From contig OZ024743.1 in NCBI GenBank assembly GCA_964016885.1, positions 93,248,001 to 93,312,000 on the forward strand: DNA of 64,000 nt. Reading direction: 5' to 3'. The notes beneath the pieces are model-generated. The model was not told the origin of the DNA. It ran no database searches and saw only the letters and a program-made list of their open reading frames with translations. The DNA comes from Eledone cirrhosa. Taxonomy: Eukaryota. Position 1 is the first letter of the stretch. Each line of letters begins with the position of its first letter. Made by a program: the position numbers and the translations under genes. Shown piece by piece: positions 50,046 to 63,973 of the stretch.

Positions 50046-50844
50046 GAGTTGATGAGAATCAGATAAATCCTGTTTAAGAGGAATTTCTATATTTAAATAG
50101 TCAACAAACAATCAGTTAAATGTTTAACTTCCACATGTTTGTAACTATAAACTTATCTCTAATTTTAGAGAGGAACACTCGTTATTTTTCTCAAAGAACA
50201 AAACTTTGAAAATAAACCCATTAATTCGAAAATTTTTATAATGCAAATAATAAATGAAAGTTGTATTAAAAAAATACAAGATATCAATATTTTAAAAAAC
50301 TTAATTTCCGAATTTTAAACAGTTATCTAATTGTGTTAGCCTTGTAAGGGAAGTAACTCTAAACTTTTCTATTCAATTAAAATATTATTTATTCTTGACA
50401 AAAATAACTTTATAAGACATGCACTTAAAAAGCCGGGGTGGTCACGGTTGGAATGTATTTAATCATAGATTTCTGACTGTTTTGTTGTTTTTTTACACAG
50501 CTTTATTACCTACATAAAGCGACAATATTAATTACGCGAGGTCAGTTAACTGAACGAAAGGAAACTCATATGACAAATATATTTCATTTCTAATTTTTGA
50601 GGATACAATTCTTAGGTCTTTAATATTCGCCTTGTTATGTTATTTAAATTTATATTTAGATGTACTTTAAATTATACTTACTTTATAAACAATTTGTAGA
50701 ATAGAATATATACTTTTAATCAATTTTGAATGTATAGATTATATTTCAATGCTGATTATAAAACTAGAAATTCGGACTTAGAGTTTCGTTTATTACTCAT
50801 GTTTGTTTATCTGTTACAACAGCCAGTATCTGGCATCGGACACT
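50046..50844. promoter_or_regulatory. Probable bidirectional promoter/5'UTR interval
   Basis: Only ~800 bp, largely repeat-poor, lies between the divergent start codons. This call is positional inference only. Confidence 0.45.
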
Positions 50845-51359
50845 ATGTATCGCCAGATTTCCGTCTTCTTTCGATATTTCATTGTGACATTCTTAGTTAC
50901 CGAACTTATATTATTTAACTGTGCTTTATTCTATGCATATTTCATGATCAAAGGAGCATTGACGTCTTTTAAGAATACAAACGGAGGATTTATTGATAAA
51001 ATCTCAACAAGCCCTACGATAAAATCGTTACTTGAGGCTGGGAAGGATGGAGGTCTCTCTAAATTGCTTGAAGAAACTGTTGAACGGGTATTTTTAATTA
51101 ACTACCCGCAAACTCAACACGGAGATATACCAAAGATATCATTTCTAGGCATTGATATGTCAAATGCCGGAGAATTCGGTTACATCTACCGCCGGGTACA
51201 AAGTTCGAATTCACAAATAAATCGTCTTGTTATAGACATCGGTGCTAATGATGGTCTTATTTCTAGTAACTCTTTTAATCTCATTCAACTCGGCTGGAAT
51301 GCTATCCTTGTCGAACCAGTGCCTTCTCAGATGGACTTAGCGAAACGCAACACTTACAG
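50845..51359 (+). CDS. FkbM/Methyltransf_21-family SAM-dependent methyltransferase with N-terminal TM anchor, first coding exon (later exons not found)
   Basis: MYRQ, then a hydrophobic stretch, then LVIDIGANDGLISSNSFNLIQLGWNAILVEPVP, which is the FkbM/Star-like motif I signature. Candidate donor AG|GTTATT at 51360. Confidence 0.8.
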
Positions 51360-51965
51360 GTTATTTCTCTTTTTCTTTTTGTTCCTGGGAGGGTCATGAG
51401 AGCAGAGTTCTCATGAAAGGTCCTATCAGAAGCAACTGGTTGGATTCCCAACCGAGTTCATGGATATTATTAAACCACCTTGCTCATGGTCAACCTCTGG
51501 GTCTCCTGTCGGTTGGCTTTCACTGTAAAATCTGTCCTTAGACATTCTAATAACAGGTTCGCAGTACCGGAGCTATAATTTCTTCATGCTTAAAAGTAGT
51601 TGTCTGAGCTACGATCCTATCGATTAATGTTCCCCCAAATACCCTTCGGTTAACCCCATTTCGACCAATCGTTTTCGCAATTATATTCTTTCAGTTATTT
51701 GGTTTCTTTTTTTAATTATTTCTGCACGCTATTAAACACAAGGCGTCGCATCATTTTTTAAAATCTTTAATCTTTAAAACATAATTATAATTTTGGTGCT
51801 AAGTTCTTTATTGATAGTCATTAAGGTGGGCACACCTATAATTTAGATACAGTGCTGGGATTACCTATAAGCTATATTTTAGTGCCATGTCTAGTGGAGC
51901 TAGCTGTCGAAACGGCAAGAGCTCAGCTGTCGGGCCGCGACTCTTTCTAATATATATATATATAT

Positions 51966-52400
51966 ATATTTATTAAATAACAGATTAAAGTTTGAGCAAA
52001 GAATCGCTGCTTTCACCCTTAACGGGATCTTCTGAAACTAACAAAGTCAATCTGTAAACGCAGAACTGGATATTTCAAAAAACGTTGCAACCGGAGGAAG
52101 ACAGGAAGACGATATTTTGGAAAACATACCTAAAACTCCAAACCAAAATATCGTCTTCCTGTCTTCCTCCGGTTGCAACGTTTTTTGAAATATCCAGTTC
52201 TGCGTTTACAGATTGACTTCGTTAGTTTCAGAAGATCCGTTAAGGGTGAAAGCAGCGATTCTTTGCTCAAACTTTAATCTGTTATTTAATAAATATTTGC
52301 TCTACGGTTCTTATATATTTGATATATATTTATCCTTATCGAGCCCTCTTTGGATTTTAGTCTTCAAATTTATTATTATTACTATATATATATATATATA
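51966..52400. mobile_element. Fold-back derivative of the Penelope pLTR seen at 9710/11766, without ORF
   Basis: ~155 bp inverted arms (51966-52120 and 52143-52295) nearly identical to the pLTR, with a 22 bp spacer and (TA)n on both sides. Confidence 0.88.
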
Positions 52401-55400
52401 TATATTGGGAGGGTCATGTTGCCAATAAAAAGCACGCGCATCATGGCCCTCCCAAAGTTTTCAGATAAGAAATCTTGTAAAACAAATTAAAAAACGAAGT
52501 ATGTATGTATGTATGTATGTATGTATGTATATATATATATATATCTTCTATATATATATATAATTCCCGTTCTGTGTGTGTGTGTGTAAAAGAGTTTCAC
52601 TTGGAAAATATTCCATCGATCTCTGTCAAATTAAACACATAGCCAAAATAGGCTACCGTTTGTAACATCAAGAAAAAATTATTTCATAATGATTAATTTC
52701 GAAGTCACAAACTTCGATTTTATAATCTTATAGACAGTTCTTGGTAGGGCTGCAATGTTAATGGTCAATTTTCGTGTTGTATGTTTAACTTGGAGGATAA
52801 TTTTACCTGATCAACTCTTTCAATAAAAAAAAAATGAGACGGTATTCAAAAAGAGCAAGTTTTATTTACAGATATGTGAACATAGAGAAATGTATCGTTA
52901 GCCGTGTCGGTTGAACAATGTGTATTTTAAAACATCCATCATGTACACATACACACAAACACAAACACACACACACATACGCACACAATCCCAAGACGTG
53001 ACGTTATGGAAGGGGGAGAGTTAAGAAGTGTAATAAATAAGTTAAAATTATAAACGCTGTTTCGGTCATTTTTCTTGGTGTCACACTTTTTAACTTTTGT
53101 GTTTATTCTGGACGATGATGTATTAATTTTTCGCTCCATTGAGTGCCTTAAACAATTTGATTGGTACCTGGTATATTGCGGCTATAACTTCGATTTATAT
53201 ATATATATATATATAATTATTTATTAATTTTTATTAATATTAACATTAAAAAATGATAATGTATAATTATTTTTTTAAATGTTACTAGAAATTATTTTAG
53301 AGAAGCGTCCCAAATGTCGTATAGCTTAGGACCTCAGCAGGTGAAAGTCCGATCCTGCATAGATACGAGTACATTAGTAACAGAATGGGGAGAGAGGTTA
53401 AAGGATTAAGATCTTTGCAAACGAAGAGTTAAACCCAAGAATGTATTGCTAAGGACAAAATCTTAGTGATAGTAGATCAGGAAGTGTACTGGTAACAAAT
53501 ATGTTGACAAATTCCAGAACTGGCATTTTAAGGGCCACGGTAAGCAGTGGCGTAACCCCACCAAATTCAAACGTTCTTTAATCTCATGCTTAACAAAGTA
53601 CCTAATAGCAACACAATCTTCATAACCAAGAATTGACTAGTCACAACATATAACTAAATCATATTTATTTTAGAATGTAGAACGGGAACTCTTGCTTAGG
53701 TTGGGCCTATTTCAGTTGCTCAAACAGCAGAACAACTTGTTCGTGAAATTAACGCACGGGTGACTAAGCTTCAACAGAAAAGTGTACCCTTAACGTTGTT
53801 CTCAGCAAGATTTAGTGTGATGCATATTGTGAGAAAGCTGGCCTTGTGAATTACAGGGAAAACTGATTTTACCAGCTTCTAGAACTGTAGCAACGTAAAA
53901 TAAAGTACCTTGCTCAAGAACACAGCGTGCCACCGGGAATCAAACTCACAACTTTACGATCGTGAACCGAATACCCTAACCGCTAAACCATGCGCCTTCA
54001 AACTCTAAACAACTAAATGCAACTAATAGGTTAAAACTTTAGTGGGGGGGCAATAGTCCAAAATGTTTACTGTCAATAATGACAACTGACACAAATCAAT
54101 AAAAAGAAGTCAGAAAGAAAAAATATTAGAAGACATTATACATCCCACGAAGTAGAGTTAGCTTGTTTTGGGACAATGACTAAACATTATCACAAAATTC
54201 GCCTTGTCATTATGCAGTGAAATTTCGTTATAACGAAATTCACGGGGTATTAAAAAATTCTTTATAACGAGATCGACCGAAACAAATCGAGCGTTTGTTT
54301 GTCATTACCTCAGGGATTGAAAAAAATTCGTTAAAAAGGTATTCATTATAATGGAATTTTACGTGTATATCATTCATAGTAGCAATACAATTAATTTTGG
54401 TTCCTTGATTATGCCCAGTTACGCTACCCACTCCTTAATCCACAACTGCCATTTCTGCATTTACACATACAGCGAGAAATTATGTTGACTAAACGCTCCG
54501 CTGCGTCCTAGGCCCCTCACCCTCCTCACTGTGACACTAGAGGCCTTTCCCTTCCTTGTCCGTTTTTTTTTTGTTTTTTTTTTTGGTATTTTTTTAATTA
54601 TATTTTCTCAATTTACTTGGACCCCGTACTGCCGAGCTCCTCAGGAAAATCGGAGCGTCGGCGGGCGACACCAGGGCCATCCCTTCTCCTTCCCGTTCTT
54701 TTTCTTCTCTGTATTTCCCTATTCTTTCTTTCCCTTCTTTTTATTATTGCCGTCATTTTTTTTGCTTTTCATCCTTACGGGGTCAATAAAATAAAGTACC
54801 AGTAATGTACTGGGTTATTGCTGGCCTTGTGCCAAAGGTAGAAACAATTATTTTAAAATAAATATTTGCAATTCGTTGTGATTTGAAAAAAAATCTAAGT
54901 AGAACAAAGAGTCCTTTCTTATCTGAAGCAACTCTCTAGCTGATTGCCCTAGTTAAAAGTGCTTTATTCAAAAATCTGCTGGTAGCCCTAACATAGCAGC
55001 TAGGTATATATTTAGTAGGTGGGTGTGAGAATAGTTTGTGGTGGTGTAGGAGTTGTAAGATAAACTGATAAAGTATTTGGATAAGTGGTTTGTTGGTTCA
55101 TGGGAAGTGGATGATGTGTTGTCTTATGGAGTGGCGAGAACTGTTGTGAAGTTTTGCTATAGTCGATGAAACCAATACTTGTTTGTAGTCGCTATTTGTT
55201 GTGATATGATATTGTCACGGAGAAGACGGTTTTTCCCAAAAGTATTGATATGAATTTACAAATGAACAAGAAGTTTTTATTGTTTGCATGATTTACTCCA
55301 AATTATGTGCAGTGATAGGCAAAAGGTACGCATATAATTGAAGTGTGTTAATTGGTTGGATAAAAAAAAAAAGGTTGTTTTGGTACTAATCAGATCGTTC

Positions 55401-55974
55401 TTGCTTTGACCAGACCCTTTCCATTGCCATAGGTTTGATTACAGTACTGGACTGTGTTGTTTTCTTGAGCAAAATACTTATTTCATTTTACTTCTGCTAA
55501 GAGTTATAACTGGTAGATTGTATCAGTAATGGAAAATTTTTCTTTGGTCCAATCTGATGATCAGCTCTGTTTTTATCCAAGCACATCAACTTCATGTTTG
55601 CTGACACATATCACCACTGGTTTCCTCAGATTCACATTTTGATAGATATATGTGATATATATATATACTAGCAGAGGTACCCGGCATTGCTCGGGTATTA
55701 AATAGCAGTTGTGTATAACATTTGTGTCAATACTTCAGTGCTGCTTCGAAAACTATACTTTTACAAAATCATCGACTTTTTCCAAAAGGGGGTTCCTGCC
55801 CCCAGGGGTCCCCTACTCAATATGTGCCAATTCTGAGAGTTCACATTCATCTGTAGGACAAACGTAGCCCATGTGTCAAGTTTTGTGAAAATTGGTTGCG
55901 AACTCCAGCAGTGCTTCAGTCGACTCCGAGGAAGTGATTAAAGGGGGTTATCTGCCGGGAGGCCCTATAATCAA

Positions 55975-56318
55975 TTGTTCACAGAGAACCAAGAATGGTA
56001 CTTGATTATGGTCTGCTACTACTCCAAATTCCCATTTGTGAGAAAAGTGAAAGACCTGAGGGCCAAAACAATAACTACAGTGGCTCGAGGACTCCTAGCA
56101 GAGCAAGGAATACCAGAGCAGATCATATGTGACAATGGAACCCAGTTCACATCTCAGGAATTCAAAAAGCTAGCCGATGAGTATGGGTTCAACATTATAA
56201 CCTCATCTCCACACTACCCCAAAGGCCATGGATTCATAGAAAGACAGGTGCAGACAGTCAAGAGAACACTAGTCAAATGCCGAGAAACTAAGGAAGACCC
56301 ACACCTGGCACTTCTGTC
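55975..56318 (+). mobile_element. Gypsy-type LTR retrotransposon integrase (rve) fragment
   Basis: YYSKFP...GIPEQIICDNGTQFTSQEF...SSPHYPKGHGFIERQVQTVKR. Confidence 0.85.
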
Positions 56319-57572
56319 CCACCGCTGCCACCATGTTATGTATTCTTGTGGTTCGCGCTGGGATAATAAACAACTCACTGAAGGCGTTGGCATGATTCTA
56401 CGTGTTTATTTACTTGGCATGTTTTTAGCGGAGTGATACATACTGTGCGTACCCGCCTTAGACACAGTTCCTACTGTTTACTGGATGCACTTAACAAAAT
56501 AGTACTAATAGTGGGGATGTATTCATTGTTATGTATATCTACGCATACACATAGGTATGAACGTGTAACAATATGTATGTGTATATATGTATATATTTAT
56601 TTATATATATGTGTACATATATGTGTGTATGGATGTATGTATATGGTTATATTGTTTATATTTGTGCATGTGTATAACAAGATGCATCCTTTCATGGATG
56701 ACCCTTTGTATGACCCATTGTGTAGATTTATATGACTTTGTGTGTATATCATATTTGAGTATAGACAGATATATGTATGTATGTATGTGTATATGTATCT
56801 TTGTGGACGTGCGTGGGCCTGTAGGTAATAGGCGCATATTTGTAAGAGTGTATATAAGCCAGTGTGTGTGTGTGAACGTGCACCTACTGTAGGGTAAGGG
56901 CTTGTTTGTGTGTATATATATGTATATATATACATATGTGTGTGTTTGCGAGTGAGTCTGTCTTTGTGTCTGTATATATGGATACGTGTGTGTATGTGCG
57001 TGTGCGTGTCTATGTATATGTCTGTACGTGTTTGTGTATACGAGTAGATATACGTGTATGCATGTGTGTGTGTGTGAGCTGATGTACGTGGGCATGTAAG
57101 CAGGCGTCTGTAGACGCGTATGTCTATAGTTTTATGGGTTCTCTTTGGGTGCATATGCATGGCGGGAGTATATGCGTGCGGATGTTGTTATTTATATTAT
57201 TGTGTGCGTGTGTGAGTGTGTGTATGTATATATATTTATGTGTGTGTGTGAGTGCGCGCGTGGACGTGTGAACTACCAAACCCAGCAGGGATTCATTGAA
57301 GTGTGGCAGGAAGGACAGCTAATGGTCAGTGTGACAGTACCTAATTTATGATGACGTAGAAAAACAACAGCCAATAGCAGGACGAGTGAAGAAGATGTTT
57401 TTTGACACTAACACCCCAGTGAGAAAATTTGATCCGAAATTATTAGAAGTGTCCGACGAACCTGCAGGTCCAGAATCAGACAGATCCACACAATGATTGT
57501 GTCTCAAGCTGTCTGCCGGCAAAACAATTGTAACTCACAATAAATTGAGTTCAGATGCATCACCGATTTTTC

Positions 57573-57643
<71 letters not shown>

Positions 57644-57766
57644 ATACATATACATATATATACCATTACTGTTGGAAGCTCCCGGACTATCCGGAAGCTT
57701 CCAACAGTAATGGTTGCATTTTTTAAGGGTATGTCAATATTTATTTATAAAACTGATCTATATTAT

Positions 57767-57829
57767 ATTTTATCTGATGAAAGCACACCATAATTTAACT
57801 TGGTGTCCTTGAAATATGTATAATGAAAT
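57767..57829 (+). ncRNA. Type I hammerhead ribozyme motif
   Basis: ATTTTAT CTGATGA AAGCACACCA...TGGTGTCCTT GAAA TATGTA TA ATGAAAT; the flanks are homologous to 63360-63511. Confidence 0.72.
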
Positions 57830-57870
57830 AAATATGGTTTTATAAATATAGTTTCCATTTGTTAATATCG

Positions 57871-57900
<30 letters not shown>

Positions 57901-57903
<3 letters not shown>

Positions 57904-60890
57904 CATCATCATTTTATGTCCACTTTTCAGCACAGCATCATTCCACTTGTCACGGTCCTTTGTCATCTCCTCCGTGAGCTTCAGCAATCTGAGGTCTGCT
58001 CTCACCACCTCCGCCCATGTTTTTCATGGTCTTCCTCTACTGCGTCTTCCTTCTACCGGTATTTCTTAGCACTTCTTTACCCAGTGGTCATCCTCCATGC
58101 GCATCACAGGTCCATACCATCGCAGTCTTCTCTCCTACACACTACAACTTATCCCTCTTAAACACAGTTTCTCTCTCAACTCATCCATGCTTGGTCATTC
58201 ACGTACATTGACATTGCACATCCAACGGAGCATGTTTGCTTCATTTCTCTCCAGCCATCACATATCCTCTGCCGTTGCTGCCCATGTCTGACTACCATGC
58301 AGCATCGAGCATCTCACACAGGCATATAACCGGCCTTTCGTATGCAGGGAGAAACCCTTCTTTGTCAGCAGAGGAAGCAGCTCCCTAAACTTCTTCCAAC
58401 CCATCCTTATTCTAGATACTATGGCCTCGGAAAACCCCCCTCCCATGCTAATCTGATCACCCAGGTACCAGAAGCTATCAACCACTTCTATAGAACCTAT
58501 CTGCATTTGAAAAATGTGTCTATCTGTCAAATCTCCCTGTACATCTACTGCATACATATTTTACCCTACCTGTTAGTTTGCCTGCTATCCCACTACATCT
58601 CTTGTGTAGATCTGCATTGTGTACATTTTATAGAATTTATGACAGTTCCTTTTCTACATATTGAACATGGCCATTTCCAGGACGGAATCAGAGTTTTGTC
58701 CTCTTTTCTACTTACCAACACTTTTGTTTTAGCTAGGTTCACTCTCAGTCTTCTTGATTCCAACTGCTGTTTCCATAGCCAGAATTTATTCTCTAGCCCC
58801 TCTACTGATTCTGCTATAAGAACCAGATCATCAGCATAGAGAAGTTCCCATGAGCAGCCAGTCTTAAATTCCTCTGTTATGAACAAAAGCGGGCTGAAGA
58901 CCGAACCTTGATGTACTCCTACTTGTATCTGGAATTCCTCACTAAACTCCATTCCTACCCTCACTTTACTGACAGCACCTCTGTACAAAGCTGTCCTCAC
59001 AAGCCATTCCTCAACACCTAGTTTCCTTAGGGACCACCAGATGACAGATCGGTGTACCCTATCAGAGGCCTTCTCTAGGTCAACAAAAGCTAAGTACAGT
59101 GGCTTATTCTTCTCTAAGAACCTGTAGTTGTCTCACTAAGAAGAGGGCATCTGTTGTACTTTTCCCAGGCACAAAGCCAAACTGCATCTCATCTAGTTTG
59201 GCCCTTTCTCTAATTAGTTGCGCTAATATGCTTTCGGCCATTTTCATAACCTGATCCATCAGTTCTATGCCCCTATAATTGCTCCTCTCCAGAACACCCC
59301 CTTTACCTTTGTAACAATTTATGAGAATACTGCTGCACCAGTCTTTGGGTATGACACCGCCATATGTAGCTTCATTGATGATGCGTGCAACCAGATTAGT
59401 GCCTACGCCCCCTGATGCCTTCAGCATCTCAGCAATTATCCCCGACGGTCCAGCGGCCTTACCATTTTTCATTGCCTTATTGCCTCTTGGGCTCAATATT
59501 CGTCAATCTCAATAACTGGTCCCTCTGTCGGATCTACTGGGGGGGGGGGGGGGTAATTTCTCTCTCTCCTATTCGTTCTCCACATTTATCAGTCTCTAAT
59601 AATGACATTTCCAGGCCTCCTTTTTCTGATCATTCGTGACACTAATTACACCAGCATTATTCCAGACACACTTATCTCCAACAACATCCTGATTTGCACT
59701 GACACACTGCCTTGCAATGCGGAAGACCGCACGTCTCTGATCTTCCCATCACAGAATATTGGCAAACCTTCTACTCTCAGCCTCCCTGCGTGCTAAGTAC
59801 ACCTGATGTCTTGTATCTCTACTCCCACCATTTTTCCAAGCCTTCCATACTAGTCTTTTGTCTATAATGGCCCTATCTACCGTGCTGTTCCACCACCAGG
59901 TCACTCTCTGTCTGGTTGGAGCTCTGCTCCAGCCACAAGTTTCTTCAGTAGCCTGCAGTAAGTTGTCAGTTATTCCAGTTATCATCTATGTCATACGGCT
60001 CTAAATCGTCTTCTTTTTCGTCCTACACATCTTGAAGGGCTTTCCTAAATTTATATTTTAGTGAAAGGTATTTTAGCTTCCAGACATTTCTTTTCCTCAC
60101 CTTCCTGTATGTCTCATTCTGTCTCTTGCTTACTGAGATATCACTAACGACTAACCTATGCTGTGGGGTACATTCTTCCCCAGGGTATGCCTTGGTATTA
60201 GACACCATCAGCCTGTCCCGCTGCCTAACTAGTAAGAAGTCAATCTGGCTTATGTGCTCGCCTGATTTGTAGGTTATTAGGTGGTTGGCAGGTTTTTTGA
60301 AATTAGTGTTGTAAATGGTAAGTGCACTTGCATCACAAAATTCAAGAAGCCTCACTCCTTCTTTATTTCTTGAGCCATAACCGTGCCCACCATCTACCCC
60401 AGTGTATCCATCCTGGAGCTGTCCAACATGACCATTGACATCCCCTGCTAGCATAACGATGTCTCTATCCTCTCATTGTGGCTGTTTGTAAAAGTTGCTC
60501 GTAAAAGCAGTCTTTCTCTTCTTTACCTAGGCCTGCCTGGGGAGCATAGGCAGAGATGATTGTCAGTAGCCTACAACTAATCTAAGTTTAATTATTCTAT
60601 TACTAACTCTAACTACCTCTATTGTCTTATCGATCCATCTCTCAGCCAGTAAAATGCCTTCTTCCCCTAACCCATCATCATTAACCACCCAGAAAAGCTT
60701 ATAACAAAGATGTTTGCCTGTGATTAGTCTCGCAGAGGCACCTCTCCATCTCACCTCTTGCACACAGCACACATCCACATGCCTTCTCTCCAATATCTCC
60801 GCTATCTCACCAAATCTACCTGTCAGAGTGCCAATATTAAGTGTTGCAACTCTGAGATGCGACATCTTCATATTCTTGTTCTTATTCCTG
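57901..60890 (-). mobile_element. RTE LINE family C, near full length, decayed
   Basis: Fragmented APE (ATLNIGTL, CVQEVRW, AGDVNGHVG) and RT (QFGF, LLYADD) with the PHD insert and a (CAT)n tail. Confidence 0.9.
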
Positions 60891-60971
60891 TTGTGCGATT
60901 GCAGCCACTCACCTACTTTTCCAGTTATGCCGAGTCCGTGTAGTTTGTGACATATCATACTGTGGTCGACC

Positions 60972-60974
<3 letters not shown>

Positions 60975-61015
<41 letters not shown>

Positions 61016-61036
61016 TATATAAAAATATATCATATA

Positions 61037-61076
<40 letters not shown>

Positions 61077-61421
61077 AAAAAACTTGAACCGTTAAGATCT
61101 TCTTCCTGGTTATGTCAATATTTATATATATATATATCATATATATATATATATCATATATATATCATATATATATATATCATATATATATATCATATAT
61201 ATATATGATATATATATCATATATATATATCATATATATATATATATCATATATATATCATATATATATATATCATATATATATCATATATATATATATC
61301 ATATATATACCATATATATATATATCATATATATATATATATCATATATATATCATATATATATATATCATATATATATATATCATATATATATATATGA
61401 TATATATATATATATCATATA
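60975..61421. repeat. (TA)n / (TATATATCA)n low-complexity array
   Basis: Seen directly; it resumes at 63080-63195. Confidence 0.9.
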
Positions 61422-63073
61422 TATGAAAAATGGTAAGGCTGCCGGACCATCGGGAATAGTTGCTGAGATGCTGAAGGCATCAGGAGACGTAGGCACTAAA
61501 TTGGTTGCACGCATCATCAATCAGGCTATATTTGGTGGTGTCATACCCAAAGACTGGTGCAGCAGTATTCTCATAAATTGCTACAAAGGTAAAGGGGATG
61601 CTTTGGAGAGGAGCAATTATAGGGGTGTAAAACTGATAGATCAGGTTATGAAAGTGGCAGAGAGAATATTAGCGCAACTGATTAGAGAAAGGGTCAAACT
61701 AGATGAGATACAGTTTGGTTTTGTGCCTGGGAAGAGTACAACAGATGCCCTCTTCTTGGTGAGACAATTGCAAGAGAGGTTCTTAGAGAAGAATAAGCCA
61801 CTATACTTAGCCTTTGTTGACCTAGAGAAGGCCTTTGATAGGGTACCCCGATCTGTCATCTGGTGGTCCCTAAGGAAGCTAGGTGTTGAGGAATGGCTTG
61901 TGAGGACAGTGCAAACTTTGTACAGAGGTACTCTCGGTAAAGTCAGGGTAGGAATGGAGTTTAGTGAGGAATTCCAGATACAAGTAGGAGTACATCAGGG
62001 TTCGGTCCTCAGCCCGCTCTTGTTCATTATAGTCCTCCAAGCCATAACAGAGAAGTTTAAGACTGGCTGTCCATGGGAACTTCTCTATGCTGACGATCTG
62101 GTTCTTATAGCAGAATCAGTAGAGGAGCTAGAGAATAAATTCTGGCTATGGAAACAGCAGTTGGAAGCAAGAGGACTGAGAGTGAATCTAGCTAAGACAA
62201 AAGTGTTGATGAGTAGAAAAGAGGACAAAACCCTGATTCCGTCAGGGAAATGGCCATGTTCGATATGCAGAAAAGGAACTGGCATAAATTCTATAAAATG
62301 CACACAATGCAGATCCTGGGTACACAGGAGATGTAGCGGGATAGCAGGCAACCTAACAGCTAGGGAGAAATATGTATGCAGTAGATGTACAGGGAAATTA
62401 GACAGTAGAAGTCGCATTGATAGACACATATTTCAAATGCAGGAGGGCGCTATAGAAGTGGTGGATAGCTTCCGGTACCTAGGAGATCAGATTAGCATGG
62501 GAGGAGGGTGTTCCGTGGCCATAGTATCTAGAATAAGGACGGGTTGGAAGAAGTTTAGGGAGCTGCTTCATCTGTTGACGAAGAAGGGTTTCTCCCTGCG
62601 TACGAAAGGCCGGTTGTACGATGCCTGTGTGAGGAGCGCGATGCTGCATGGTAGTGAGACATGGGCAGCAGCTGCAGAGGATATGCGACGGCTGGAGAGA
62701 AATGAGGCAAGCATGCTCCGTTGGATGTGCAGTGTAAATGTGCGTGAACGACCCAGCATAAATATGTTGAGAGAGAAACTGTGTCTGAGAGGGATAGAAT
62801 GTAGTGTACGGGAGAGGAGACTGAGGTGGTATGGACATGTGATGCGCATGGAGGATGACCGATGGGTGAAGAAGTGCCAGGAATTGCCAGTTGAAGGAAG
62901 ACGTGGTAGAGGTAGACCACGAAAAACATGGGCGGAGGTGGTGGGAACAGACCTCAGATCATTGAAGCTCACGGTGGGGATGACGAGGGACCGTGACGAG
63001 TGGAGAGATGCTGAATAAGACCCGTCCCACCCTTGCAAGCAGGGAAAAGCGGACGTAAAATGATGATGATGAT
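61422..63073 (+). mobile_element. RTE LINE family C, 5'-truncated, intact RT frame
   Basis: 531 aa ORF with FVDLEKAFDRV, LLYADD, the PHD insert and RLRWYGHVMRM; very short 3'UTR and (GAT)n tail. Confidence 0.93.
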
Positions 63074-63194
63074 TTATATGAGATATATATATATATATCA
63101 TATATATATATATATCATATATATATATATATCATATATATATATATATCATATATATATATATATATCATATATATATATATATATCATATAT

Positions 63195-63511
63195 ACGATA
63201 TTAAACAAATGGAAACTATATTTATAAAACCATATTTATTTCATTATATATATTTCTGGGATATCATATTAAAAATATGGTATGCCTTCCTCAGACAAAA
63301 TACAATATATAAGCCGTTTTATAAATCCCAAATCAACTTTTTAAATGGAAGTTGCATTATTTTAAGGTATGTCAAATTTATTTATAAAACGGCTTATATA
63401 TTGTATTTTGTCTGAGGAAGGCATACCATATTTTTAATATGATATCCCAGAAATATATATAATGAAATAAATATGGTTTTATAAATATAGTTTCCATTTG
63501 TTTAATATCGT
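63195..63511. repeat. ~317 bp fold-back element with ~132 bp hammerhead-bearing arms
   Basis: The right arm at 63405-63468 reads ATTTTGT CTGAGGA AGGCATACCATAT-TTTTA-ATATGATATCCCA GAAA TATATA TA ATGAAAT. Confidence 0.85.
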
Positions 63512-63704
63512 AAACCTACTCCAAAACCTGTTGAGTGCTTTTATATCAGTTATAAAATATTTACTCGTTGTAACCCAACAATTTTAAATAAAACTTTTGC
63601 ATATATCATATATATATATATATATATATCATATATATATATATAGTATACTAGGATCGGAATTAAGAGTATTCTGCAGTTCACAGTAATAATAATATTA
63701 GTTA

Positions 63705-63852
63705 TGTATAGAAAACAATATCTACAGGTTTAGCAATTAAATAGAAAAAAACCTAAGTCAGAATCAAATCTCTGAAGTAGAGTTTTAAATTGATTCTGAA
63801 TTAGGTTTTTTTCTATTTAATTGCTAAACCTGTAGATATTGTTTTCTATACA
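63705..63852. repeat. ~148 bp fold-back (MITE-like), no hammerhead core seen
   Basis: ~63 bp inverted arms with a ~22 bp spacer. Confidence 0.8.
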
Positions 63853-63941
63853 GTAACGGTAAAAATCACTTGTAATAATTCTTTACACACATTTCACTGT
63901 GTAACACACTTCTATTTCTGTAATATATTTGTATATATAAT

Positions 63942-63973
<32 letters not shown>

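Noticed and set aside
56433-57351. Cys/Tyr/His-rich ORFs
   Set aside because: They come from (TG)/(TA) low-complexity sequence and show no domain signal.
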